Source: a virus (lineage: Duplodnaviria; Caudoviricetes). Taken from it: DNA of 64,000 bases. The DNA is taken from the IMG/VR virus record IMGVR_UViG_3300025679_000005. The stretch is one strand, 5' to 3'. This document shows, one piece after another, positions 1 through 8,239 of the stretch (position 1 is the stretch's first letter; each line of letters opens with the position of its first letter). The translations under genes were made by a program, and so were the position numbers. The notes beneath the pieces are model-generated. The model was not told the DNA's origin and did not search any database. It was given only the letters and a program-made list of their open reading frames with translations.

Positions 1-84
1 AACCCCTGAGATTGAGGTCGAAAGGGACACCGAGGTCAGCAACAGGAAACCTACACCGCCACCGTCAAAGCCACCTGAGGCGTA

Positions 85-420
85 GTGCCACATGCGGCTT
101 CTTGGCCGGTTTCAGTAAGTACCTCTGAGCCGACCCTTATTGTAGCCAGACGTTTCACCCTGAGGAGGCCGCCCATGTCCGATAACGCCGATGCCAAAGC
201 CTTGAAGAACCTCGACATTGCCCTGGAACTACTGACCGCGGAACTCGCCTACAACAAAGAACGCCTAGCTGACAAGCGCATCTCCGAGGCCAAGGCCAAG
301 TTCATCACCTTGAGCCTGGCCCGAATCGAGCGTGAAATAGAGGGCATCTCGAAGATGCGTGCTGAGGTCCTCTCCCGGCTTGACTGGGAGACACGCATCG
401 CCGATAACATGGCGCATTGA
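85..420 (+). CDS. hypothetical helical/coiled-coil protein (start more likely ATG at 175)
   Basis: ORF track; amphipathic helical C-terminal part. Confidence 0.5.
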   Translation: MPHAASWPVSVSTSEPTLIVARRFTLRRPPMSDNADAKALKNLDIALELLTAELAYNKERLADKRISEAKAKFITLSLARIEREIEGISKMRAEVLSRLDWETRIADNMAH

Positions 421-423
421 CCC

Positions 424-618
424 ATGGACCACTCACACTGCCCATTCGGTTGTGATCACCCACAGCCGATCGTAGCCGAGGACAATCCCCATTTACCCCC
501 GGGAGCGATTGGGGGTCACTCCTACTGTGGGAAGTGTTGGGTACAAGACGACACCTTATCGGAGATGGTAGTCTGCACACCCGAAACATGTCCTGGGGAT
601 TTCCCAGACGGTGTATAA
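424..618 (+). CDS. small Cys/His-rich hypothetical protein
   Basis: CPFGC, CGKC and CTPETC motifs; its end overlaps a GGTG-TATAAT promoter-like motif. Confidence 0.6.
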   Translation: MDHSHCPFGCDHPQPIVAEDNPHLPPGAIGGHSYCGKCWVQDDTLSEMVVCTPETCPGDFPDGV

Positions 619-624
619 TCGGAC

Positions 625-870
625 ATGGCATTCGTACGTGAGTTCAAAGACACTTTCACCTGTGACAACCCACAGTGAGGCGGTGACAACGGCCGTTTCT
701 CTGAGGTGGTCGTTCAAAAGACTGAGGACATACTTGACGCCAACGAATCCGTAGGGATTCAAGGACCTCAGCTGCCTAAAGATTGGGGCATCTTCCACTA
801 TGCCAATGTTCAAGTATATTGGTGCCCCAGCTGTTCTAGGACTCTCGTAGGCAAAGGGAAAACCCCTTGA
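625..870 (+). pseudogene. 81-codon Zn-ribbon-like gene with one in-frame TGA at 676-678
   Basis: Manual translation MAFVREFKDTFTCDNPQ*GG...WCPSC...GKTP*; promoter motif upstream; stop overlaps next start (TTGA at 867-870). Confidence 0.55.
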
Positions 871-1289
871 AAAAACGTAAGCGTCGATTCTATCCGGGGA
901 TGCTCGTTCGCATTGCCAAGGACTGCCGCCCAGTCTCAGTATTGGAGCCCCTGAGCGGGCATCCCCTGTCTATACACCGTCCAGAAGGGGCTGCTACAGG
1001 GGCTGAAGCCGTTTACGAAGGGCGGTTCAATTCCAAGACCGGACGACGCTACAAGGGGCCTAGAGGCCTTGGAATGCCCAGACTACGCCTGGAGGATGGT
1101 TCGCACATTTGGGGGTATGAGTGCTACTGGCTGCCCCTGAAAGAAGCCCAGGCCGTCGAAGCCAGTTTGGGCATACACATACCCTCCAGAGAGGCGAAAG
1201 AGTGGGATCGCCTGGTCGACGACCTCCAACGTAGGACTCAGATAGGGGAAACTCCTGAGGCATCCCCTACGGCCACCCTTACGGAGTAG
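867..1289 (+). CDS. hypothetical phage protein containing a degenerate array-A repeat
   Basis: ORF track; coupled to upstream gene; repeat-like sequence at 933-959. Confidence 0.55.
   Translation: MKKRKRRFYPGMLVRIAKDCRPVSVLEPLSGHPLSIHRPEGAATGAEAVYEGRFNSKTGRRYKGPRGLGMPRLRLEDGSHIWGYECYWLPLKEAQAVEASLGIHIPSREAKEWDRLVDDLQRRTQIGETPEASPTATLTE
933..959 (-). repeat. solitary degenerate copy of array-A repeat
   Basis: gtctcagtattggagcccctgagcggg, 25/27 identical to the array-A repeat. Confidence 0.85.
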
Positions 1290-1533
1290 GGGACGGTCCC
1301 AACACAGGCGATGAGTTGGTATTGCCAATGGGCGTAGCAGCAGTCCTTGCCGGCCTGCTTGTGAGCACCCCAGGACTTGCCGAATCGCTTCCAGGCCCAT
1401 CCCTCAGCCAAGGGCGTAGTCGGAGGCGGGTCCTCAACGGGCTTTACAGGCTCGGGGGCGATGTCAGCCGCTACCCAGGCAGGAAGCCCCAGGCGTTGAT
1501 CACAGAGAGAGCAATGGCCTGCTTGGCCTTCGG

Positions 1534-1862
1534 GTCTCAGTACTGGAACCCCTGAGCGGGTGTTGTTGGAAGGGCTATGGACCAAGTACGTGCTCACAAA
1601 GGTCTCGTCTCAGTACTGGAACCCCTGAGCGGGTGTTGTTGGGGGTTCGCGTGCGGTAAATCCCCTAATGTCCGAGAAGTCTCAGTACTGGAACCCCTGA
1701 GCGGGTGTTGTTGGCCCTGTTACGTCGAGCAGCTCCACCTCGTCGAACAGCAGTCTCAGTACTGGAACCCCTGAGCGGGTGTTGTTGGCAAGGACCGACA
1801 CGCAAACGAGATCGATTCCGTACCCAGTCTCAGTACTGGAACCCCTGAGCGGGTGTTGTTGG
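1534..1862 (-). CRISPR. CRISPR array A: 5 identical 36-nt repeats (CCAACAACACCCGCTCAGGGGTTCCAGTACTGAGAC on minus strand), 4 spacers of 36-38 nt
   Basis: Repeats start at 1534, 1607, 1679, 1753, 1827; orientation inferred from the 3' GAC end and co-orientation with the adjacent RuvC-like gene. Confidence 0.97.
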
Positions 1863-1865
1863 AGG

Positions 1866-2402
1866 TCATTGAGCGGCCTCATCACATCCAGTAGTTACAC
1901 CGGACTTTGCGAGCGCCTCGCCAGTCCGTCGACAAATCTCCTTCGAGGCTCCAAAATCCCGATCGTAAGTGCGCCCACAATTAGGACAAGCAAGGATCAG
2001 ACCGTCAAGCTTTCCAGTGGGTTTTATGCAATGGGGGCACACCTGCGACGTTTTGCGAGCGGATACCGCAAAAACCTTGGCACCCGACCGCTCGCAGATC
2101 TGTTTGAGCAGGTAGGGGGCAGAAACATCTCGGTTCTGACGTTTACGCCTAGAACTCTCCGAGGCCGTATCAAGAGCACGCATCTGTGTGCTCTTGAGGT
2201 CCTCTAGGCCGATAGCCACATACATGGCCGCCAGTTTTTTGGCGGCCTTACTGAGAATGTCCAAACGAATATTCTCAATCCGTCGGCGAGCCTTGGCGAT
2301 TTGTTTTTCGGTCAGGTGCTCGTAAGCCACCCAAGAGGCTTCCTCTGTAGTGAGTACTCCCAGTTCGGCCAGATGCCTTCGGTATTGATGCCGATTTCTC
2401 AC
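1866..2402 (-). CDS. 178-aa TnpB/Cas12f-like C-terminal fragment (bridge helix, RuvC-II, Zn finger, RuvC-III)
   Basis: RRRIENIRLDILSKAAKKL, IGLEDLK, TSQVCPHC, CPNCGRTYDRD; no RuvC-I, WED or REC region in frame. Confidence 0.8.
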   Translation of the reverse strand: MRNRHQYRRHLAELGVLTTEEASWVAYEHLTEKQIAKARRRIENIRLDILSKAAKKLAAMYVAIGLEDLKSTQMRALDTASESSRRKRQNRDVSAPYLLKQICERSGAKVFAVSARKTSQVCPHCIKPTGKLDGLILACPNCGRTYDRDFGASKEICRRTGEALAKSGVTTGCDEAAQ

Positions 2403-2423
2403 AGGAAGGTTGGCGTTTTTCTT

Positions 2424-2453
2424 GTCACAGTATTGGAACCCCTGAGCGGGTGT
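2424..2453 (-). repeat. solitary degenerate copy of array-A repeat 21 nt upstream of the RuvC-fragment start
   Basis: gtcacagtattggaacccctgagcgggtgt, 28/30 identical. Confidence 0.85.
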
Positions 2454-2498
2454 AGATCACATAATGTACGTTATCAAGCGTCCAGTCAACCCCATTGA

Positions 2499-2951
2499 TC
2501 ATGCCACGGCGCCACGTTTTTTATTGCGATTGCGCTCGGTCTTGCCAGTGACCTTGGTCACGGTCTTGCCGAAGTTGGCGTTCTTCTGCTCCTTCTCGAT
2601 GCGATTGTCGATGTCCGTGTCATGGCGCTGGGCCATGTCCGTGACGATCCACTCCTCGGCGTTCTCCAGGAGAGTGGAGATGATCAAGGCGAACGGGGTC
2701 TCCAGACCCACATGTACCATCGAGGTGCGGTCCTTGTTGGCCCGAATATGGGGAATGAACTTCTCGATCGGCGTCGGGGAGTTGCGGTCCGTGATGATGC
2801 GGCCGATGCGGAACGAGTACAGGACTTCGGAGCCGCGGGCGGGAGCCGTGCTGATTTCGACTGCGTAGCCCGACTTCTGCTCCTTACAGGTGTGGGTGAC
2901 ATTCCAGACTGGTTTGGCGTGGGTATTGGCTTGGTACGTGTTGTTGGTCAT
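2499..2951 (-). CDS. hypothetical protein with basic C-terminal tail
   Basis: ORF track; class-2 promoter-like motif upstream. Confidence 0.7.
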   Translation of the reverse strand: MTNNTYQANTHAKPVWNVTHTCKEQKSGYAVEISTAPARGSEVLYSFRIGRIITDRNSPTPIEKFIPHIRANKDRTSMVHVGLETPFALIISTLLENAEEWIVTDMAQRHDTDIDNRIEKEQKNANFGKTVTKVTGKTERNRNKKRGAVA

Positions 2952-3051
2952 GCATTCCTCTAACGGCTGGGTTTCGGATAGCTTTAGGGCTATGGGACAA
3001 ATACACCAAAGCGACGGTCCTTGCCCAGGTTATGTTGGTGTAGACCCTTAG

Positions 3052-3333
3052 ATGACCGACAGAGAGATTCACCAAACCATAATGAAGGTAGTCGCCCCGA
3101 ACGCCATCGATTGCAGTGACTTCAATAAGGTCTATGACGAGGCAACCGCCCTAAGGGACTCCGGAGCGGAAGAAGCCGCGATCCTGGCTTTCATCTCGGA
3201 ACAGCTCCCCTCCGCCATCATCAGCCCGCTCGAAATCGAGAGAATGAAGGGGCGGGGGAGGCTTCATGTGATAAGCGCAGGCCCCATGTCGAATAACGAC
3301 GGGGATGTCAGCCCGTCCAGGAAGCCGAACTGA
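3052..3333 (+). CDS. hypothetical protein
   Basis: GGTGTAG motif at 3037 just before the ATG. Confidence 0.6.
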   Translation: MTDREIHQTIMKVVAPNAIDCSDFNKVYDEATALRDSGAEEAAILAFISEQLPSAIISPLEIERMKGRGRLHVISAGPMSNNDGDVSPSRKPN

Positions 3334-3376
3334 CCAGTAAAGTTGCCCGACAATTCTTCTGTCCGGTGTATAGGCC

Positions 3377-3673
3377 GTGACCATGTCGAAAACTGCTTTG
3401 ATCAACGACCTGACCACAAAAACCGGCCTCTCCAAGGGCCAAGTCTCCGAAGTGCTGGACGCACTCGCTGCTGTTGGAATCGACGCCCTCAAGGCTGGAG
3501 ACGAGTTTACTATCCCCGGGCTCGTCAAGATCTCAACCAAAGCCAAGCCCGCTACGGAAGAGCGTATGGGGATCAACCCGTTCACAAAGGCAACCATCAC
3601 CATCGCCGCCAAGCCCGCCTCCAAGACCATCAAGGCCAAGCCCCTTCCGGCCCTCAAGAAGGCTGTCGGCTGA
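3377..3673 (+). CDS. hup: HU/IHF-family DNA-binding protein (start likely 3383)
   Basis: MSKTALINDLTTKTGLSK...FTIPGLVKI...GINPFTKATITIAAKP, a typical HU signature. Confidence 0.92.
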   Translation: MTMSKTALINDLTTKTGLSKGQVSEVLDALAAVGIDALKAGDEFTIPGLVKISTKAKPATEERMGINPFTKATITIAAKPASKTIKAKPLPALKKAVG

Positions 3674-3676
3674 GCC

Positions 3677-3958
3677 ATGCCTGAGAAGGTTCCGGCCAAT
3701 CGTCCAGAGACAGGGGCGATGCGTTTCGGCAACGATTGGCGCGGAGCCTTCATTCGTGGCGATGACGCCTTTGGGTACGCCCAGGCTCTTGAGATTCTCC
3801 TCAAGGGGAAGCCTGACGACTTCTCACTGACCATCTCCCGAGCGGTTTTGGAAGGTCTTTTGGGGGTCCTCAAGTCCTCCAACGAGCACGAGAAGCTTGC
3901 AGAGGACCCTCAACAGCTCAAACCGTTTCCGGAGTGCTTGCCTGATGGACCGCAATAA
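3677..3958 (+). CDS. hypothetical phage protein
   Basis: ORF track; operon-like spacing; GDWRGAFIRGDDA-like motif. Confidence 0.6.
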   Translation: MPEKVPANRPETGAMRFGNDWRGAFIRGDDAFGYAQALEILLKGKPDDFSLTISRAVLEGLLGVLKSSNEHEKLAEDPQQLKPFPECLPDGPQ

Positions 3959-4250
3959 ACGCCCCATTGATCACTGTCATTGGACGAAGGACTGTCCTGG
4001 CGAACTAGATTACCGATCCGGTGGTAGTTACTGCCATACCTGCAAGATCGGTGGGGATTTCGACACCACGTTGGAAGACCGCATCACCTGCCCATTCTGC
4101 GGCGATCAAGACGTGGACTTCACAGACTATCCTCGGGAACTAGAACACGACGGAGACAGCACCACCTACGAATGTGGATCCTGTGAGAAGAACTTCACAG
4201 TGACCCTGAGTGTCTCCTACTCCTATAGTTCAAAGAAAATCCCCGAATGA
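3897..4250 (+). CDS. Zn-finger hypothetical protein
   Basis: CHTC, CPFC and CGSC pairs. Confidence 0.6.
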   Translation: MQRTLNSSNRFRSACLMDRNKRPIDHCHWTKDCPGELDYRSGGSYCHTCKIGGDFDTTLEDRITCPFCGDQDVDFTDYPRELEHDGDSTTYECGSCEKNFTVTLSVSYSYSSKKIPE

Positions 4251-4933
4251 CCGACACTCATAAGTACAAGCCTTGCTATCGTTGTACCGAATACCGTGCC
4301 AACGGAGACTGGGATTCTGCCCTCAAGTGTAGCAACTGTGACGGCAAAGGTGTCGTCCGAACGGCTGCCTCATACGCCTGCAACAACTGTGGCGGGACCA
4401 TGAGCGACGGGGAGGGCGAACAAGGATGGCCGATGGGACTCGTTGAAGAGACTGTAGGTGGAGGCTACAACTCCTTTCATCTCCTCGACTGCACCACGTA
4501 CACGTTCTCCATCTGTGAGAAGTGCCTCAGGGCCATGTTCACAGCCTTCAAGATCCCGCCGACCACGTATAGCCGCCTAGGGGATTCTGGCGGGGGCTAT
4601 GAAGAAGACTTGGACTACTTCCATCAACGCCTCTGGGAGGCGGCTGGCGGAGACGTGGAGCGGCTACTAGCCGGCGGCTGCAACTGGCGAGAGCGTTGTC
4701 AGGAACCGGCGGTCTGGCGATGTCTTTCTTTCGGCAAACTGAGAAGCGAGTGTCGCTGTGATACCCACAAGTGGCATGGAGTCGGCTACGGCGGGGAACG
4801 CCTGGCCAGATTCTCAGATGTTCCCTTTCTCAAGGCTGAAACAGAGGATCAGATAGCTCGCGTAGATTTTGCCTGGAAGACAGGCGCTGAACACCCAATC
4901 GAAGAGGTCGTAAATGAAAACCCAGGCCGATAG
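4247..4933 (+). CDS. Cys-rich Zn-binding hypothetical protein
   Basis: Several CxxC pairs including CSNCDGKG. Confidence 0.65.
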   Translation: MTDTHKYKPCYRCTEYRANGDWDSALKCSNCDGKGVVRTAASYACNNCGGTMSDGEGEQGWPMGLVEETVGGGYNSFHLLDCTTYTFSICEKCLRAMFTAFKIPPTTYSRLGDSGGGYEEDLDYFHQRLWEAAGGDVERLLAGGCNWRERCQEPAVWRCLSFGKLRSECRCDTHKWHGVGYGGERLARFSDVPFLKAETEDQIARVDFAWKTGAEHPIEEVVNENPGR

Positions 4934-5216
4934 CATCCTTTCTGAAATAGAGTACCTGAAGCCCCAAGAGGGAGTTTCAGTGATCACCAACTACGGGACG
5001 GAAGAGCTTCGGAAGTTCGCCCGTGGCCTTATTGCCTGCCGTTGTCCCGAGTGTGAGTCCACTGAGGCTATGACAGTGGACAGCAACATCGAGCGCCGGC
5101 TCTGCGGTGGCTGTGGTGCTTGGTACCGCCCTGAGGACATGCTAGTGGTGGCCCTCATCCGAGCTTTCCAAGTGGGGGAAAGCGCCTCAGATGTGGTCCC
5201 AATCGCAAGCCACTAG
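4914..5216 (+). CDS. Zn-ribbon hypothetical protein
   Basis: CPEC and CGGC. Confidence 0.55.
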   Translation: MKTQADSILSEIEYLKPQEGVSVITNYGTEELRKFARGLIACRCPECESTEAMTVDSNIERRLCGGCGAWYRPEDMLVVALIRAFQVGESASDVVPIASH

Positions 5217-5843
5217 GATTTCACTGGTAGCTTCAGTGAATAGAACCACATGTGCAAAAGTTTCTTGTGTGGTATTGTCGTACATGTGCAGTCCCAAATG
5301 GATTGCGGTTTTTGAGCAAACCGGGCAGGATACCAATGGCATGTCCTCGTAAGTGCTCCCGGGCTCTAGTTCTCGCAGGTCCATGCTCCGACCCTAGCAC
5401 ATTCCAATGAAGTATCGTATTCGAATCAGTTGAAAGACTTACGACACTACTTCACGTATAGACGCTACCTGAGCTTTCTGGGCTATCCCCGTCCGTTTTT
5501 ACGTTTACAGCCTCAGACAATCACATCAATGATAGAAAAGGGCTTCATGTCCAAGGACTGCAAGGGCTTGGGCTCGGCCGACATCTTCGAGATGACCTGC
5601 TACATGAGCCAGCAACTGGGCTGGGACAAGGTCTCTGCGGCTATTTTCCCCAAGGACAGCCCGTGCCAAATCGCCTAAGGTATCTCCAAACCGATCAGCG
5701 ACACCTCACCCGTAACTTCCTCGGGTTCGGATTCTTCCTAGCCGGCCTAAGTTTATGGGTCCCTCAGCTATCGGCAATGCTGGCCTACGTCGTCGGGCTA
5801 TGGGCTTACTTCTGGACGGGAAACCGCTCAGAAATGCAGCGCC

Positions 5844-6137
5844 TCAAATCCTGAGGTCAATCCCCGTCTTAGCGATCTTGGACGTGTACGTCTCGATCGT
5901 GGAAGTTGTCCAGATCCAGTCGACTACTCCTGCCAACGGGACCAGTAAGGCTAGCAACGGGGGTATGGCGGTCTTGGCCCAAGGCAAGTTCGCTGCCACG
6001 CTGGCTACGAAAAACAGGAATGCAAAAACCAAAGTAGCTATTCCGTAGTGCTTGGGCAAGTTCTTGCGACGAATCGTGTAGGCCGCCCGTTGCGTGTGCA
6101 TTTCAGAGATCTCAAGCCATTCGGGGAGTTTGGTCAT
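5844..6137 (-). CDS. two-TM membrane protein; probable start ATG 6137, 4 nt after a CasPhi repeat copy
   Basis: Two hydrophobic segments; the longer track ORF reads through the repeat. Confidence 0.6.
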   Translation of the reverse strand: MTKLPEWLEISEMHTQRAAYTIRRKNLPKHYGIATLVFAFLFFVASVAANLPWAKTAIPPLLALLVPLAGVVDWIWTTSTIETYTSKIAKTGIDLRI

Positions 6138-6141
6138 TTCA

Positions 6142-6177
6142 GTCTCAGCGTACTGAGCAATAAAAAAGCTTTGTGGG
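6142..6177 (-). repeat. degenerate CasPhi repeat copy
   Basis: gtctcagcgtactgagcaat (20 nt exact), then diverges. Confidence 0.9.
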
Positions 6178-6184
6178 CTCGCGG

Positions 6185-7024
6185 TCATTTCACGAGCCTG
6201 AGGAAGCGGCTGCTCCCGTCATTAGGCCTAGCGTGCAAATATCTGGAAGTTGTGGCGATGTTCCGGTGGCCAAGCGAATTTGAAATTAGGGTCAGCGGGC
6301 AACCTGCGTCAAGTGAATGGGACGCATGAGCGTGCCTCAAGAGATGGGGCCAAAGCTTCAACCCAGCCTTTTTGCCAGTGTCCGTGACAATCCGTCGGGC
6401 ATCCCTGGCCGTGAGCTGCTTCCCACGGTAGGATTTGAAGACAGGTGCCTCATCGACTTCGTTATTGCGACGAAGTGTCCTCAGCTCGTCAGCGATCGTG
6501 CTCGGAAGCATGAGGGTTCGAGTTCGGGTGCCCTTCCCCTGTAGGGTGACACGGAAGTCATTGAGGTCTTTGAACCTGATTCTGACGGCCTCGGCGATTC
6601 GTGCCCCGGAGGCGTATAGGAACCGGATGAGGATCTTGTCTCGACCTAGGTCGGCGATTCCAATGAGGCCTCCCACAGCATCTTCCTCCAAGATCTTCTC
6701 ATTCAAGTTATCCGGGATTTTCGGAGTCCTGAGGATTCGGCCGACGTTGAAGACGAGGTACCCCGTCCGGTATCCAAAACTGAGGAGGCTTTTGATCGTG
6801 CTGATCTTCCTAGCGATCGTGGCCGGCTTCCCGTTGAGGGTCTCTGCCCAGGCCATTACCTGGGCCACAGTCGCCCCCTGGAGGCCGTCGGGCAGCTCCA
6901 TGAGGAAAGCCATGGCCACTGGCTTGTAAGCGATTACGGACGATAGGGGACGGCCGCTGAGCCACAGCTTCATCAGCTGTTCATCGGAGGTGGCTCCGGA
7001 GTGGTTTTCCGGTAGATGGTTCAT
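6185..7024 (-). CDS. XerC/D-like tyrosine recombinase
   Basis: LYASGARIAE (Arg), GKG (Lys), HLLRH, LGH, SRY catalytic motifs. Confidence 0.95.
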   Translation of the reverse strand: MNHLPENHSGATSDEQLMKLWLSGRPLSSVIAYKPVAMAFLMELPDGLQGATVAQVMAWAETLNGKPATIARKISTIKSLLSFGYRTGYLVFNVGRILRTPKIPDNLNEKILEEDAVGGLIGIADLGRDKILIRFLYASGARIAEAVRIRFKDLNDFRVTLQGKGTRTRTLMLPSTIADELRTLRRNNEVDEAPVFKSYRGKQLTARDARRIVTDTGKKAGLKLWPHLLRHAHASHSLDAGCPLTLISNSLGHRNIATTSRYLHARPNDGSSRFLRLVK

Positions 7025-7030
7025 TGGACT

Positions 7031-7066
7031 GTCTCAGCGTACTGAGCAATCAAAAGGCTTAGGCTG
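7031..7066 (-). repeat. degenerate CasPhi repeat copy 6 nt upstream of the recombinase ATG
   Basis: First 27 nt identical to the array repeat. Confidence 0.92.
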
Positions 7067-7327
7067 GTTTACCCCCGGAACGGTGACTTCGATGGGGGTG
7101 ATGCCGTTGTGTGGGACAACGAGGCAGCTCCACGGGTAGGTCTCTTTGTCGACACCTAAGGCCGTAGTGACTTTCACGATCCACATGTCGAGAAGGTGGC
7201 GGGAAGCCAGACCGCAGATGACGCCTGTCCCAGAGACCGGACCCATGGTGAACATCACTGGTTGGCCGTCTACGTAACAGGGTTTGACTTTGCCTTGGAG
7301 GTCGGTTTGCAGTTCGAAGTTGTACAT
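7034..7327 (-). CDS. hypothetical beta-rich protein lying between two CasPhi repeats
   Basis: ORF with its own class-2 promoter-like motif; stop codon falls inside the 7031 repeat. Confidence 0.6.
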   Translation of the reverse strand: MYNFELQTDLQGKVKPCYVDGQPVMFTMGPVSGTGVICGLASRHLLDMWIVKVTTALGVDKETYPWSCLVVPHNGITPIEVTVPGVNQPKPFDCSVR

Positions 7328-7377
7328 GATGAACCTAACGGCAGGGGGCGGCGGGACTTAAGCCCCTGAGGTGGAGG

Positions 7378-8148
7378 GTCTCAGCGTACTGAGCAATCAA
7401 AAGGCTTCGCAGGCTGGGTCTGTCGCGAGCTGGACCAATACGGTGACGTGCTTGTCTCAGCGAACTGAGCAATCAAAAGGTTTCGCAGGATCCAGAGCTA
7501 CCAGGCGCTACAACGGAAGTGGCATCAGTCTCAGCGTACTGAGCAATCAAAAGGTTTCGCAGGAGGCGGTAGTCCTTGATGCTATCGTCGGCAAAGTCTC
7601 GTCTCAGCGTACTGAGCAATCAAAAGGTTTCGCAGGGTCGGGGCGGCGGGGGCAGATTCATCAGACCAAGTACGTCTCAGCGTACTGAGCAATCAAAAGG
7701 TTTCGCAGGAGTGGCCCATAGACCTGGTTCCCTTGGGCGTCCCTCTTGTCTCAGCGTACTGAGCAATCAAAAGGTTTCGCAGGGCCAGGGGCCGGCGGGC
7801 CGTTGTACTGGCCCGGACGAGTCTCAGCGTACTGAGCAATCAAAAGGTTTCGCAGGTTCCTTAGTGGGACTCTTAGAGGATCCTATAAGTAAGAGTCTCA
7901 GCGTACTGAGCAATCAAAAGGTTTCGCAGGGTCGGGTGTTGGAGTCGATGAGGTTGGCTTAGCGTACGTCTCAGCGTACTGAGCAATCAAAAGGTTTCGC
8001 AGGCCCCGACTCCACGGGATCATGTTGGGGATCGATCCTGTCTCAGCGTACTGAGCAATCAAAAGGTTTCGCAGGGCGTCGTGTTCATCGATCACAACTA
8101 CAGGGATCCCCTGTCTCAGCGTACTGAGCAATCAAAAGGTTTCGCAGG
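7378..8148 (-). CRISPR. CRISPR array B (CasPhi): 11 repeats of 36 nt (CCTGCGAAACCTTTTGATTGCTCAGTACGCTGAGAC on minus strand), 10 spacers of 36-40 nt
   Basis: Repeats start at 7378, 7454, 7528, 7601, 7674, 7748, 7821, 7895, 7968, 8040, 8113; the two variant repeats (7378, 7454) mark the trailer end. Confidence 0.99.
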
Positions 8149-8239
8149 TCGCACGTCAGAAACAGTGAATTTTCAAAGACCTACCGAATGCTTTGCGAGC
8201 GGTTCGGTAAATTAGAGATCAGCAGGGGGTATTACACCG

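Noticed and set aside
1577-1885. ORFs crossing array A
   Set aside because: Translations are repeat periodicity (VSVLEPLSGCC); artefacts of the array.
2985-3008. Partial resemblance to array-A spacer 1570-1606 (agggctatgg)
   Set aside because: Only 10 nt exact, needs indels beyond that, and lies at the guide end distal from the handle.
7343-7356. 11-nt match to array-B spacer 7637-7673 (ggggcggcggg)
   Set aside because: Low-complexity GC-rich string, expected by chance.
7371-8131. ORFs crossing array B
   Set aside because: Repeated SVLSNQKVSQ / SQRTEQSKGFAG strings are translated repeats.
8149-8239. tracrRNA between casPhi and the array
   Set aside because: No anti-repeat complementarity; only a short hairpin and the leader motif. 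CasPhi is known to be tracr-independent.
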